Shown here piece after piece: positions 63,700 through 64,000 of a stretch of DNA of 64,000 nt. The notes under the pieces are model-generated. The model was not told the origin of the DNA and made no database searches. It saw only the letters and a list, made by a program, of their open reading frames with translations. The position numbers were made by a program, and so were the translations under genes. Each line of letters starts with the position of its first letter. Position 1 is the stretch's first letter. Source of the stretch: Candidatus Levybacteria bacterium CG2_30_37_29 (lineage in GTDB: Bacteria > Patescibacteriota > Microgenomatia > Levybacterales > GWA1-39-11); contig MNYS01000005.1 in NCBI GenBank assembly GCA_001873215.1, positions 1,367 to 65,366 of the forward strand, in the 5' to 3' direction.

Positions 63700-64000
63700 A
63701 TGAAAGTGAATATTGCTGTTGTTGGTCTTGGCTATTGGGGACCAAATTTAGTAAGAAATTTCGTAACGGTTCCAGGAGCATCTATTACTACGGTTTGCGA
63801 TACAAATCCCGCAACATTTCAAAAAATAAAACCCTTCTCTTCTATCAAAACAGTGAGGAATATTAATGATGTATTGCGTGATAAAACAATTGATGCGGTT
63901 GCAATAGCAACTCCTCTTTCCACACATTTTATTCTTGCAAAAAAAGCTATATTGGCGGGCAAACATGTTTTGCTTGAAAAACCTATGACTCAAACTTCTA
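63700..64000 (+). CDS. Gfo/Idh/MocA family oxidoreductase, N-terminal part (runs off the window)
   Basis: Manual translation [21 protein letters not shown]...IDAVAIATP...[10 protein letters not shown]. Confidence 0.9.
   Translation, partial: MKVNIAVVGLGYWGPNLVRNFVTVPGASITTVCDTNPATFQKIKPFSSIKTVRNINDVLRDKTIDAVAIATPLSTHFILAKKAILAGKHVLLEKPMTQTS

Overview
AT-rich, very compact bacterial chromosome segment read with genetic code 11. Gene content and style suggest Patescibacteria/CPR, probably Microgenomates-like; this is an inference. Layout: (1) 1-840, left part of a frameshifted IS481-family element, followed by a gene-less three-hairpin RNA behind a perfect sigma70 promoter; (2) 974-7985, a small redox cluster (RnfD-like/FNR fusion, DoxX, FAD oxidoreductase) and a 7TM + ATP-grasp/aspartic-peptidase pair; (3) 8046-33064, housekeeping genes (typA, yraN, rplS, pyrG, tRNA-Gly, LysM protein, tRNA-Asp, polX, lemA, htpX, murT-gatD, gatCAB, dnaE, full F1Fo atp operon); (4) 33042-64000, a >30 kb surface-glycosylation locus with many GT-C-type membrane glycosyltransferases, six SAM methyltransferases, a Wzx flippase and NDP-sugar enzymes. 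The most unusual observations are an intact tRNA-Gly(CCC) nested, between inverted repeats, inside the two halves of a decayed tRNA-Gly; the orphan structured small RNA; a uORF/terminator leader on typA; an unannotated 19-aa Lys-rich peptide gene; heptamer repeats inside murT/gatD; and widespread leaderless promoters. All assignments come from motif recognition by eye, with no database searches.
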